A DNA stretch of 63,862 nucleotides, filler included, from Vannella sp. (taxonomy: Eukaryota), in the NCBI GenBank assembly GCA_023345925.1. It is 7 parts of 7 records of this genome, joined end to end, with 100 filler letters (N's around TTAATTAATTAA, not from the genome) between each part and the next. Parts side by side here need not be neighbours in the genome. Positions count along the whole stretch, not along the records: positions 1 to 13,878 come from JAJQQN010000769.1; 6 more parts are not named here. One strand, written 5' to 3'. Each line of letters begins with the position of its first letter. Position 1 is the stretch's first letter. A model generated the notes under the pieces. It was not told where the DNA came from, searched no databases, and worked only from the letters and a program-made list of their open reading frames with translations. Positions 1 to 11,499 of the stretch are shown here, piece after piece. The position numbers and the translations under genes are program-made.

Positions 1-399
1 CTCAGTATTTACGCTGATTACGCTCGTATTAACTGAAATCTAAGTGGATAATAGAATTCACTAAAATGACGAATTTGGAGCGGTTGGGGCTCCGACCGAG
101 CGCATCTCCCTGGGGACCGTTCCGTTCTCGATAGAACTCCCACCAAATTGGGAAGGGAAAAGTGAAGGATAACTTATGCTCGGATATGGCGAACTCAAAC
201 TTGCGACTCCGAGAAAATCCATGAGCGAAGAGAGTTCACGAGCCACTTTTCAACGGAGGCCAGCGGACGTGGTTGAGTGGAGCCGTGAACTCTCGGAACC
301 AACCGGAAAGCAGCGAATAGAATCTACGTCACCTCTACGAATTGTTAGTGGCTTTTGGCCAATCAGGTGAAAGCTTGGTTCACTTTTCATTTGCCCAGG

Positions 400-1315
400 A
401 TGGTTGGTGTCGCCTCTCTCTGCTGGTTGAGTCTCTAACAGCTTGAAGAACCCTTCTGGTGTGTTTGAGAAGCTTGCTCTGAATGATGCTGGTGTTACTC
501 GAGTGGACCTTGCCTCCAACTCGCTGTTCCGTAGCAGTCCCGATGAGAACGCGGCTTCTCTATGCAACGCGCTTCAAAACAACACCGTTTGCACAGAGAT
601 TGACCTCTCTGGATGTGGTATTGCCAATGCAGGAGCTGAGGCTATCGCCAACTTGCTCTCCACCAACGGAGTCATCAAAAAGCTGGATCTCTCGAACAAC
701 AAGGTACGGCCCTGCGAGTTTGAGCCTGTCCAGTCCCACCTTACACCTTAGTAGATCGATAGTGCTGGCCAGGAGAAGATCTTCATTGCCCTGAAGACGA
801 ACGGAACTCTCGAGGAGCTCAAACTGCTTGGCAACCACGTCCCCGGTGAGGGCTGCCTGAGCACGCTGGTGGACACTTTCGAGTACAACACCGCGATTTT
901 GAACATCGTTTGGCGCTTGGAGTCTCGCCAGAGCTTCAAGATCACCAAGCAAATCACCCGCAACAAGGAGATCCAACGCCGTTTGAAGGCGGGACTCAGT
1001 GTGGACGACGTCGACCCCAACATCCGACGTGAGACGGAGAAGCGCATTCTGGAAGAGAGAGCCTCTGGACTTCCTCAGTTTGTACCTCCTCCAAGGGAGG
1101 AAGAGCCCACTGAGGCTCCCCCAGCTACTGGAGGACCGTACTCTCCCCAGGTTCTCCGTGCTAAGCTGTTGCCAGCTGATGTTGACTCTGACCGCAAAGA
1201 GGACTACCTCTCTGACGATGACTTTAAGTCAGTTCTCAAGACCGACCGCGAGGAGTTCAAGAACTCTCCCACTTGGAAGCGCAAGCAGCTCAAGAAGGAT
1301 GCTGGCCTCTTCTAA
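400..1315 (+). CDS. Tropomodulin-like LRR protein with C-terminal villin headpiece (spliced)
   Basis: RNI-like LRRs (EIDLSGCGIANAGAEAIANLL), Tmod-like end (ITRNKEIQRR), headpiece motif KEDYLSDDDF...PTWKRKQLKKDAGLF; introns about 403-448 and 704-754. Confidence 0.8.
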
Positions 1316-1369
1316 GCGGCCTCCCACACTTGCACACTAAACTAAGTTCATTCGCATCTCATGGAGTGC

Positions 1370-4300
1370 TCATTTACAGCTTCTGGAGCGCATCCGCTTG
1401 TGTTTGGAGGAAACTCCCTTCTTTGAGGGCTTGTCTCCCTCCAGCTCGGCAGGGGATGGTTCAGAGTCCGAGTCAGACAGAGCGTCAGATATGCGGCCTT
1501 CTCCCCAAACACACAAAACACCGCGACGGTCGGCACTCCAAATCACTCCAAAACCAGCTTCGAGAAGGCAAGTGATTGTGTCTTCGTGGTCCCCTTTCAG
1601 CTCTTGAAGGCAGCGTAAGTTCTCTGGCTTCCATAGGAGAATAGTTGTGTCAAAAGAGGCAGACCAAATGCGCTTTCCCGCCTCAATAATGCAAACCACT
1701 TTGCTCGTATGTCCTTCAAGCTCCCGCTCTAATCGTAGGGTCTATGGCTGATTAGTAGGGCGGGGGAGAATGTTGATACGTACATTACAGTCCCAGATGC
1801 GTATCTTGTCATTGCAAGCCACCCACATCTTGCCAAGAGACGGAGCCATGTCAAAGGCAATATTCACATCAAACCTTCGGACTTGCGCATTGGTTTGGCA
1901 GTCAAAAAGGCAAATAGAGCGGTAAAGACCTAACCACACATATTTGCCAAAGTGGGAAATGCACGTGATTGGTTCCTCCATTCTGATTTGGTGCGTTAAG
2001 CGCGACGTCTAGGTTCCAGTCTCATTAGCGTTGTGATGAATGGTCAGGAGGCCTACATTAATGTTCCAGATGCATGCTAATCCATCAACATCGCCAGACC
2101 AAACGTAGGAATCATCGGGGCTGACAGATACCCACTGGAGATTTCGGATTAGACTCTGGTGAGGGTCTCGAAGTGTGCACAAATTGTCGTAGTTCTTGGA
2201 GTCCCACACTTTGATATTCGACCCTGAGCTCCATACAGAGCCTTCCACTAGAGCCATAGCCTGGACTCGGTCCTCATGAGCAGGAAATTTGTGTACTACC
2301 GTTCTTGTCTGCGTTTAGAGTTAATCTCTCTACTCATCAATGAAAAGGATGTTAAGTTACCATTACATCCCAGATGATGATGAATCCATCAGAGAGCCCT
2401 GTCCAGATTTTGGAGCCGACTAGAATCATTGAATAGATTCCTGCGGACTGTCCTTTCGGCAAACGGATTGTTTCCAAACACTGAACGCGAAGCATCGATT
2501 CCCAGCTTCGTTCAAGCTTGTCGGTCGCGATATTGAGAGGATGTTGCGAAGACAGTTGCATTGGCAAGTTCCGGATGTTGTGTCCACTGGACCCAGGTGC
2601 CGAAACCTCCACTCCCGAGGAGCGGTCGCTGGGGAACATCTTTCGCATCAACCTAGACAGAATTTGGACTGACTCTTCAAAGGATGGACGTTCTTTGGGG
2701 TTAGTTTTCCAACAATTCTTGATGAGTTGTGCTAACTCCTCCGGGCAATCTCCAGGAACGGTTGGTCGGAGATTCTCGTGAATAATTTGGTGTTTGATTT
2801 GCATTTCTCGAATGGTTTCTTCGTACTCGAAGAAGGGAGCGTCGCGTGTGACTACTTCCCACATAACTATAGCAAAGGAGTAGATATCAGCTGTTTGGTC
2901 GTAATATACATTGGATACATCAATAACTTCGGGTGCTAACCACCGCCATGTTGGAAGAAAGCCACCTACTCGGTGTTCCACTCTCATAGATAATCCAAAG
3001 TCCGCTACTTTTGCTACAACAAACGAGGAAGGGTTCTGGCTCATCATAAAGATATTTGGAGAGCGAAGATCTCTGTGAATAATCGGTGGGGTGACGCTTT
3101 GTAAGTAGCGCATTCCTTTGGCGATGTCTAAGATAATGCGGATACGCAATTTCCAGTCGATAACTGCATCCGAAAGGAGGAAATGAAACAAATCACTTTC
3201 AGGGCACCATTCCATCACCATTCGAAGATGGGGTTTGATGGTAATGCCATACAATCGAACGAGATTGGTATGATTCAATCCGCTCATAATCCCCACCTCT
3301 CGTTGGAACTCCTTGAATCGGTCCATTGCCGTCTCCGCGTCTTCACCAGGATCTGCCTTGAGTTCTTTGATAGCAACTTGGACGTTACTACCAAAAATGC
3401 CTCGGAAAACCAAGCCAAAAGCCCCTGAACCAACCTGTTCCTCGACTTGCAGATCCTCTTCGCTGATTATCGCAAAGTCTTTGAAAGCCATATCAGGGGC
3501 AAGATAGCAGATGTTAACTGGGCGAGTTGGTACGCCACGACAATAGACAAATGATTTACCATTTGTGATGGCGGTCACGCACTCCTCGTAGGTAAAATGG
3601 TAAGGACCAAGGAGGATATCTCCTAATTCAACACAATGACAGCAGGGCACCAAACGGGAGACCGCATCCTGGTTCCCAGGGTAGAAAGAGTCGAGAATGG
3701 ACTCGACCATTTCGACAAGAAGGCGAAGGAACACGAGCTCCCTATCTGCATAGGAGCTGCGTGATGCGCGTACTTGAATTGTTAGTCGGCACGCTTTAGG
3801 CTTCCATTCAATATTGGCTATCTCTTGGATCTCTGATGAGGACTCCTCGCCCTCATTGCTCCTGGCACGCGCTTGAAGATACATTCCGTTCTTCCAGTAT
3901 TGTAGAACAGTGATATGGCGGAGAGCAAAGATCCGTGCGATCAATTTACTGAAGTCGAACTCAAAGTTGAAGCGATAGACTCTTCCAAACTGATATTCAT
4001 CCTCATTTGGAAGAGATTTCCACTCGAGCTGGTCTTTTAAGCTGGCGGGAGCCTCTTCTGGGAGTAGTGTAGGAATCACGTAGAACGCGGAGTCGCCTGA
4101 TCCCAACTTCACAGCAACTTCAAAGCGAGTCAGCAGACCAAGTAATGATTCATGGGACTCTAATGGAAATTGCTTCCATACTTGGGGAAGGATATCCAAA
4201 GTAAGGATGCCTGCTTTCACCCACTGGTGTTTGAAACTCACTAAACTGGCCATCACGTCTGCCAGCCATTGAGGATCAAGAATTACGTATTGGTCGAGTC

Positions 4301-6520
4301 CAGATTCCTTGCAATTGTAGTGCATAAGAGTGCCCACATCATGAAGAAAGTTGGTAACAACAGTCGTTTTCTCTGCAGGAATGCTGCATTCCCTAGCAAA
4401 GGTGCAATATTCATCCCATGATATGACTTGACGTGCGTTCTTCTCTTCTGTAAGAAGGCGGTCCAGCATGATGAAGGTTTCAGGCACTTTTTGTGTGATA
4501 GTTGCGTGAGAACTGGCAGTGTTCTTGAGCTCCTTCCAAAGCGTGCGGACTCCCTTATCGGTTCGCGCAGAGACAAAGAAAGTACCAACAATATTCCAGA
4601 CCTTTGAGGGGAAGCACGCACCCAGTGTCTCTGCAACTGTGTTTTGAAACGAAGAGGTGCATCGTTCCTCATCCAAATGTGTGCCAATCAGGAAGACTGG
4701 TGGCCTATCAGAGGATGTGGCACGAATTTGACGGAGCCAATAGCGTATGCGGGTTTCGTCAATGTTCACCATGTTGAAAATAACAAGGTAAATACTTCTG
4801 CTGGTTAGGAAGAATTGGTGCGTTTGGTAGAAAACCTAACCCAGGTTCAGAACGGCAAGGATTTTGTGAATTCGTCTACTCACTTGTTGCCCTGCAAAGT
4901 CCCAAGCAGAGAACTGCAAGTTTTCGCTCATGGAGAGCTCAGACACGTCTACTCCATCCGTTGAGACCGTATCAGGATCAGAACGAGGAGCAGATTTTGA
5001 TTTGCGAGAGCTCCCCTTCTTTGCGTGCCTCATACTCTTCAATGAACGTAAAAGAGCTTGTTTGGGTTAGTGCCTTGCTACCAAACTGAATAAGAGGAAC
5101 TCACTAGTCTTTCCAACACATTCTTCTCCCACCAGCATGAGTTTCATCTTCCGCCAGTCCGCAGAGTAACCGCTAATCTGGCGAAGATATTCTAACAAGC
5201 GCGACGTCCCTCTGGCAACAACCTCTTTGGGAATACTATGAAGAGAGTTTCCATCAAGGAATAGCTTCCGTAGTCGTAGGAGATGACCAAGCTCCTGAGG
5301 CAGAGCTGCCAACAAGTTATGAGACAAATCCAAGCGTTCTAACTGCACAAGAGCTGCCACTTCGCTCGGAATCTCGCGAATTCTATTTCCTGCCAGGACC
5401 AGTCGATTAAGGCCTTTGATGTTACAAAGCCCTTTGGGGAATTCAGTGAGCTCTGTGTTGGTCAAGTCCAAGTCACGGAGGCTCGCTAAAGCACTAATTT
5501 CGAAGGGGATAGTGCGAAGAGTATTGCAGCTGATATCCAGCCGTGTGAGACACCGCATCTGCGCGAGACCCATCGGAAACTCTTCAAGGTTGACTTGAGT
5601 AAGCTTGAGCTTAGTCAGAGTGAGGAAGCGCTCAGGCTTGATGCTCTTAAACCGGAGAAGATCTCCCAAAAGCAGGCGATCATTGGACTCAATGGCGATG
5701 TCCAGAGGTGTAACTGACTTCTCATCACTACCAAAGCGATAGATGCCGACAGGTGAGGGATCTGCACCGCTTTCTATCAGAAGGCGAGCAACATGCGTAT
5801 GCCCATGCTCCACAGCAAAGTGGAGTGCCGTCCAGGTGTCACAGGTCACTTCAGTGGCAGCTCTGTGAGTCAAAAGAAGCTTGCTCATCTCCACATCTCC
5901 TCGGATAGCGGCCATTTGCAAAGGAGTCTGCCCCCGGTCTGCTGTCGGACAGTTAGCGTCCGCGTGGTTCTCCAATAGCACAGCAGCCACATCCCTATGC
6001 CCTCTCTGTATAGCTATATGCAAAGGGAGATAGGATCCCTGGTGCCACCCTCCATTAGCAAGCTCCTCAAAGAGGAGTAAAACCAAACCCACCTGCAGCT
6101 GGTTCACCAGCTTGCCTAACTGAGAGAGGATGGTGACTTGCTCAACAAAGCCATTGGCTGCAGCTGAGTGGATGTCAATCGAGCTCTTGTTGGAGAAGTG
6201 GAGGGCGCTGAAGGTTTCCATTGCCATCCGGAGGGTCCACGCCTGGCTTGCCACTACTTGCCCATCACTCACCCGGATGGCACATCGTAGAAGACCTTCC
6301 TCCTCACGACCTAGTACCTCCTGGATCAAGGCCTCTGTGGTAGAGCGCCACAGTTGGTAGCACTCTGCCAAAAGTCAGTCATCCACTCTTCCCCCTCGCC
6401 CTGCTCACCATCGGTCCTCCCCTCATTGTAAAGTGGTGTTCCCGCTCTAATTGCATCAACTATGAGCTTCTTGCAGGCCTTCCCCACGTCTGGTTCCAGT
6501 GGAGGGACGATGGGGCTCAT
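1370..6520 (-). CDS. Roco (LRRK-like) kinase: ANK-LRR-Roc-COR-TKL kinase-WD40, multi-exon
   Basis: Ankyrin repeats (TPLQMAAIRGD), LRRs, Roc P-loop MKLMLVGEECVGKTT, WDFAGQ, COR (ILDPQWLADVM), kinase HRDLRSPN/DFG, C-terminal WD40s; short GT-AG introns join the listed ORFs. Confidence 0.92.
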
Positions 6521-7042
6521 TCGCCCTAATAATAATGATCCCCCGATGATTGATCAGTCCTTGACAAAGAAATAGGAATTTCAGCTCCTTTGCGAGTTTG
6601 CATCACAAAGCGAGTCCCGACATAATGTGACCAATCAGCGTCTGGCTTGGGAGAGGCGCGATCGCCTTGTTTGTGGGTTCGATACAAAGCAAGGAGGAAG
6701 TGGGTTTGTAGCATGTGCTTGAAAAGGGGTCCGCAAATGGGCCTTCTCCGTTCCTAGTGAATGGACAAAGTAGCCGGATGGGCCTCAATGCATCCACTCA
6801 CATCAGGTCCAGAAAACGGAAACTCCAAGTCTTCTGCTTCACACAAAAAGTAAAAAATCCCGCAATGCCCATAATGATCTGGGCGAAAGTGCTGAATGTG
6901 GTGCCGAAGGGCAGACTGTCAGGGTTGCGTGCTGATTAAACCTCCTAAGCCGTTCTTTAACATTCGCAGTATTTGTCCGATGAATCCTGACGATAACTCC
7001 TTAGAAGTCTGAACGCCTTTCTTTCCTCCTCTTTCTCCCTCG

Positions 7043-7870
7043 ATGATGAAGCATCGAGTGGCCTGCAGGTTCGCGCACGTGTGGACAGCGCATCGGCCCT
7101 TTCCTCCTGCTACGCGGGAGAGCGAGTACACCTCTTTCAAGGGAGTGAAGCATCACGATGAAGAGTATCAGAATGTGCAGCGCTTGCCTGATAGATTCCC
7201 GGTGGCCGTGTGGCCTAACTTCATCACTGAAGAAGAGGAGAGGGAGATGGTGGGAGCAGTGGAGCCAAGACTACACCGCAAGCCTTACGCCAAGTCACAC
7301 TTTGATAGTGTGATATGCAACTACCGAGAGCTCCTTCTTGATCGGCACGCCCTCCCTTCAGACTCCTTGCGCGCTCTTTATGCTCGCGTGCAGGACCATC
7401 TTTGCGCTCCTGGAACAGCTTTGGCGGATGTTCACGTGCTAGACATCGCTGAGAATGGCTTTATCGCGCCCCATGTTGACACAGAGTTCACAGGGGGAAT
7501 GGTCGCGGGGGTCTCCCTCCTCTCCGACGCCGTGATCACCTTCCAACCACACGTTCCTGCTCTTCAAGAGCGCCTGTTGGAAGAGAAACCAAACAAGCAA
7601 GGGGGAACTCGGCTGCAAGGGAACGATTCCATCTGCTTCCCGCAACTCCCTTCGATAGAGCTACTCGTCCCTGCGCGCAGCCTTTACGTGCTGGTGCAAG
7701 AGGCACGGTACTCTTGGACTCATGCTATTGAGGTATCCAACTGCCACTCCTTCCGCGGCCAAATCGTCCCCCGAACGAGGAGAATCTCTCTCATGTTCCG
7801 CGATGAGCTTCCAGCAACCCGAGAGCCAGAGACTTCCTCACGGTCAGGTTCTCTGGGAGGCTTCTTATAA
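7043..7870 (+). CDS. ALKBH7: AlkB-family 2OG-Fe(II) dioxygenase, ALKBH7-like
   Basis: HFDSVICNYRE, HVLDIAENGFIAPHVD, RSLYVL...ARYSWTHAI, RRISLMFR. Confidence 0.8.
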   Translation: MMKHRVACRFAHVWTAHRPFPPATRESEYTSFKGVKHHDEEYQNVQRLPDRFPVAVWPNFITEEEEREMVGAVEPRLHRKPYAKSHFDSVICNYRELLLDRHALPSDSLRALYARVQDHLCAPGTALADVHVLDIAENGFIAPHVDTEFTGGMVAGVSLLSDAVITFQPHVPALQERLLEEKPNKQGGTRLQGNDSICFPQLPSIELLVPARSLYVLVQEARYSWTHAIEVSNCHSFRGQIVPRTRRISLMFRDELPATREPETSSRSGSLGGFL

Positions 7871-7995
7871 TACAACTAAAGCTCTCATCCAGACGCCATG
7901 CTACCATCAAAAGAGTGTATTGAGCGGATCGAAAGGTGACTTGGGCGGACACAAGAACGCCTCTTCGCCATGGTTGGGAAGGCGGACTGGAATGT

Positions 7996-10900
7996 CTATC
8001 TCCAGAGAGAGTGAGTAATGCCTGGTCGAGTGGCAAGTGGCTGAGCACATCTGCGATCGATTTCTCCACGATTGAGTCCTGGGATGAGCGGAGGCAGGCT
8101 CTTAATGGCACTTTGCAATGGAAGGAGCTTCTGGCGCTTCTCTTTCTTACCTTTGGTCAGTAAAGAAGGGCTCAGGTCGCTGTTCAGTCTGCAGAGAAGG
8201 ATAAGAAACTCCTTTGCAATCTCAGAATGAGAAATTGGGGACTCTGGCGACCCCAAGCGCTCAATGGCGTGAGTCAGAGTCCATTTGATTGTTGTGATAT
8301 TGAAGTGCTGAATCTCTTTGTAAAGGCGAGCGTAAACCATGAACGACAGCCACTGCACCGGGCGGGGAAAGAAAGGCAAAAGGCTGTGGTGAGACTCAGG
8401 ATGGAGATAAGAAAGCTGCGCTTCAAGTGGGAGAGATTCTAATACGGCAGAAATGAGTTGGGTGTGGCTGTGTGCTGTTGCCAGAGATAAGGTGCGTGCC
8501 TGGCAAAGCCTATTGATGGCTAAGGTGCGCATTTGGGCAGTACCATAGCTCCAGAGTTTGTAAACAAGACTCATTCCCTTCTTAATGAAAGTGGGCTGGT
8601 ATTTTTCTACATGAACACGGCATACCGCCTCTGGGCAGGTGGTTTTGAGCTCCTTTTCAAGCTCCTGGCACTTCTTTTTCATGTGATCCTCTGAAACTCG
8701 AGACACAGAATACCAATCTGCAAACTTCTCTTCCTCCAGTGCATTGGCATGATACAAGCGTGGATCAGCGAAAAGATGGTTCACAAGAGTTTTGGGATTG
8801 TCACCATACAAGAAGAGGAGTGAGGAATGGCAAGGCCGTTGGTCCACTCCGTAGAAGTGATTGTACAATACAAGTTGGTCCAGAGAGGATAAGGCAGCCT
8901 CGTCGTTAGCGATGATGACTATCAGTTTGCCTTGATACTGTCCCACCCAGGGTGCTGGTTCACCATTGCCGAAAGTACAGAGACTTTTGTACAGCTCCCC
9001 GTCCCAAACTCGATAGTCGAGGCGCAAGGCAGTCATCACTGCTTGCATGGCATCGAAGAACTGCTTGCTAATGGGAGAAGCAACCAAAACCAGCATTTCG
9101 CTTCTTGGGTTCTCGAAATTGAAGGTCGGCAGGCACTTGGCAATGGCTCTCCCACTTTGAATGGTTTGCTCTCGGAGAATGAGTGAGACAGAGTATGGTA
9201 ACTCCGAATAGTAAGGAACATTCGGCACAATCTCAACAGTGATCTCGACAGCCACGGCTTGGCGAGGAAGAATTTCTGTTACTTCAGGTGTATACTGAAT
9301 TATTCTCAGCCCTGGCTCTGCTTCAACTAAGATCTGGACACTACCATGAGGAGAAGATGTTCCATAGGTGAAGTTAGAACGATTCTCGATCTCTAGTAGG
9401 AGCACTAGGGGCCCAACAGATCCTGTCAGCTGTGGAAGAGGTCGGAAAAAGACTGGTTGTTGGACAAGACCAAGAGAGTACACTTTGGGGCCTGGGAAAT
9501 CTCGATCAAGAAGGCTCACACAAAGCTGGAAGGAGGATTCAGCGAGAGATGGGCCCACCATTCCAACCAAGAAGATGGGAATGAGTACTTCCTGGTCTCG
9601 ATCGATGTTTTCGGTGAGGAAATGTATGCTGGGCTCGTTATCAAGAGTCCGAAAGTTCTGTAGAGCCCTGATGGAGATACTGGTACCTGCTGGAAGCACT
9701 AATCCACCCATATTGCGGACACGAATGTGAGAAACTCTGATGCGCTCGCCTGGCTCTGTAACGCCGTCATCGATTTCTGGCCTGACAATGAAATCTTGGA
9801 TTTGGGGGTTGAAAAGACTTGAAGAGCGCTGAATGATCTGCCCGGTGTGAGGATCGAAAAGGACAAAGGTAACGGTGCCTGAGCGGCCAGCCATCCCATC
9901 CTTCCCATTGCGACCGCTTTTCCCCGAACGGCCAGAAGAGCCTGAACGACCACTTGAACCAGAAGGCGGACGGTTAAGAGAGTGAGGTTGCTCGTGGGGA
10001 TACTCGCCACCGGACCCTCCCGCTCCACCCGCACCCCCGAGACCTCCAGCTCCCTTGGCTCCGGCTCTACCGCCACTCCCGACTTTTCCCTGGGATAGTG
10101 TGAGAATCCAGATCTAAAGCTTCTGAAGATGGCTCCTCACGCTTGCGAAGCGAGTTTCAACGAGCCAGAAAAGTTTGGGATCTGCAGAATAGAGAGTAAT
10201 GTTTCCTCCATCTCCAGCATTTCCTCCTTCTCTTTGGTCAATAAGAGGATGAAATAGAATCAAACTCACCGTCACCTCCGTCTGCACCGTCTCCTCCGTC
10301 TCCTCCATCCGCTCCGTCACCGCCGTCGCCACCTTTCCCAGGAGAGGTTCGGCTGGCATCTGCTCCGCGAGCCCCTGAGCCACCTCCGCCCCTACTAAAT
10401 AAGAAAGAGATTTGAATATGAAGTAGGTACTAACCCGGCACCGCCGTCTCCTCCAGCTCCACCATTTCCGCCATTTCCCCCATTTCCTCCTGAAGCGTCA
10501 ATGCAGAACCGTTGGTTGCTAGAAAGAGACACACAAAGCGAGGAGCTGTTATAGAGTACAACTAAGTTTCTCTCTGATCCTTCCAAGAGCACAGAAATGT
10601 GTTGAGCATTCTCTCCACTTTTTCCATCTCTCCCAGAAACACCGTGTGTTCCACTTGCTCCTGGTCCACCACAGGAGCCATTCAAGCTGTGATTGGAATT
10701 GAAGTTGGCAGCGCTGGGTACTCCATTCGCTCCAAAAGTGCCTTTCTTTCCTCCCAGACCTCGATTTCCGTCCTGTCCATTAAGTCCAGTACTACCTGAG
10801 GTGGAAATCTCTTGTGACATAGTGAGTGGCGGGTACTAGAGATCAAAAGGAGGTCCCACACCTGTCTGGGCGACGAAACGGATCGGATTAACAACTCTCT

Positions 10901-11330
10901 GCTGCCATTCTGAAGGTGTAGCTTGGGGCCTTCCACTTGATTGCACACCGGATGATAGAGAGGGGAAAGGTACACTGCTAAGGGCGGAGGGGGGCATCGA
11001 CTTTACGAGATTAATGGGAGAAGCGTACGAAGGTGCTTCATAGGGTATGGGAGCAGCCTCCGCCGCCTGGCTTTGCTTCATAGCCTCCATCCTCTCAATA
11101 AGATTGATCAAATGAAAGTTCGAGGGCAGCGTATCAACGTCACCACCCGCAGGAATGCCCGACGGCTTCCGGCAAGTTGGACAAGCCAACGCCACAGACC
11201 CCTCAAAGCCCGCAATCTCCACCAAACAGTCACGACAGAAAGAGTGTAAGCACGGAAGTGTCTTTGGTTGCGCCAAAGTCTCAAAGCAGACCGCACAACT
11301 CAGCTCCTCCTCGAGGTCTTCGAGTCCCAT
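7996..11330 (-). CDS. RING-finger protein with glycine-rich repeats and a large C-terminal region (multi-exon)
   Basis: N-terminal C3HC4 RING (CAVC...LPCLHSFC...CPTCR); GGNGGNGG/GxxG repeats about 9900-10800; 632-aa terminal ORF. Confidence 0.7.
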
Positions 11331-11499
11331 GAGCGGAGGGGAAATGTCCCCTTTTTCGTCCCTGGGAGAGCCACCATGTTGATGAATTGGTTCATTTGTT
11401 GGAATGTTCGGTTTACAGGAGGATGGCGAGGACGTACAGCCAAAGTAGGGGGAAGGAGAGGAGAAGCGGGTGTTTAACAGGCGTAGGAAGCAGGGAAAG

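Noticed and set aside
700..760. In-frame stops suggesting a reassigned genetic code
   Set aside because: They fall inside short introns; long intronless ORFs end at TAA, TAG or TGA normally
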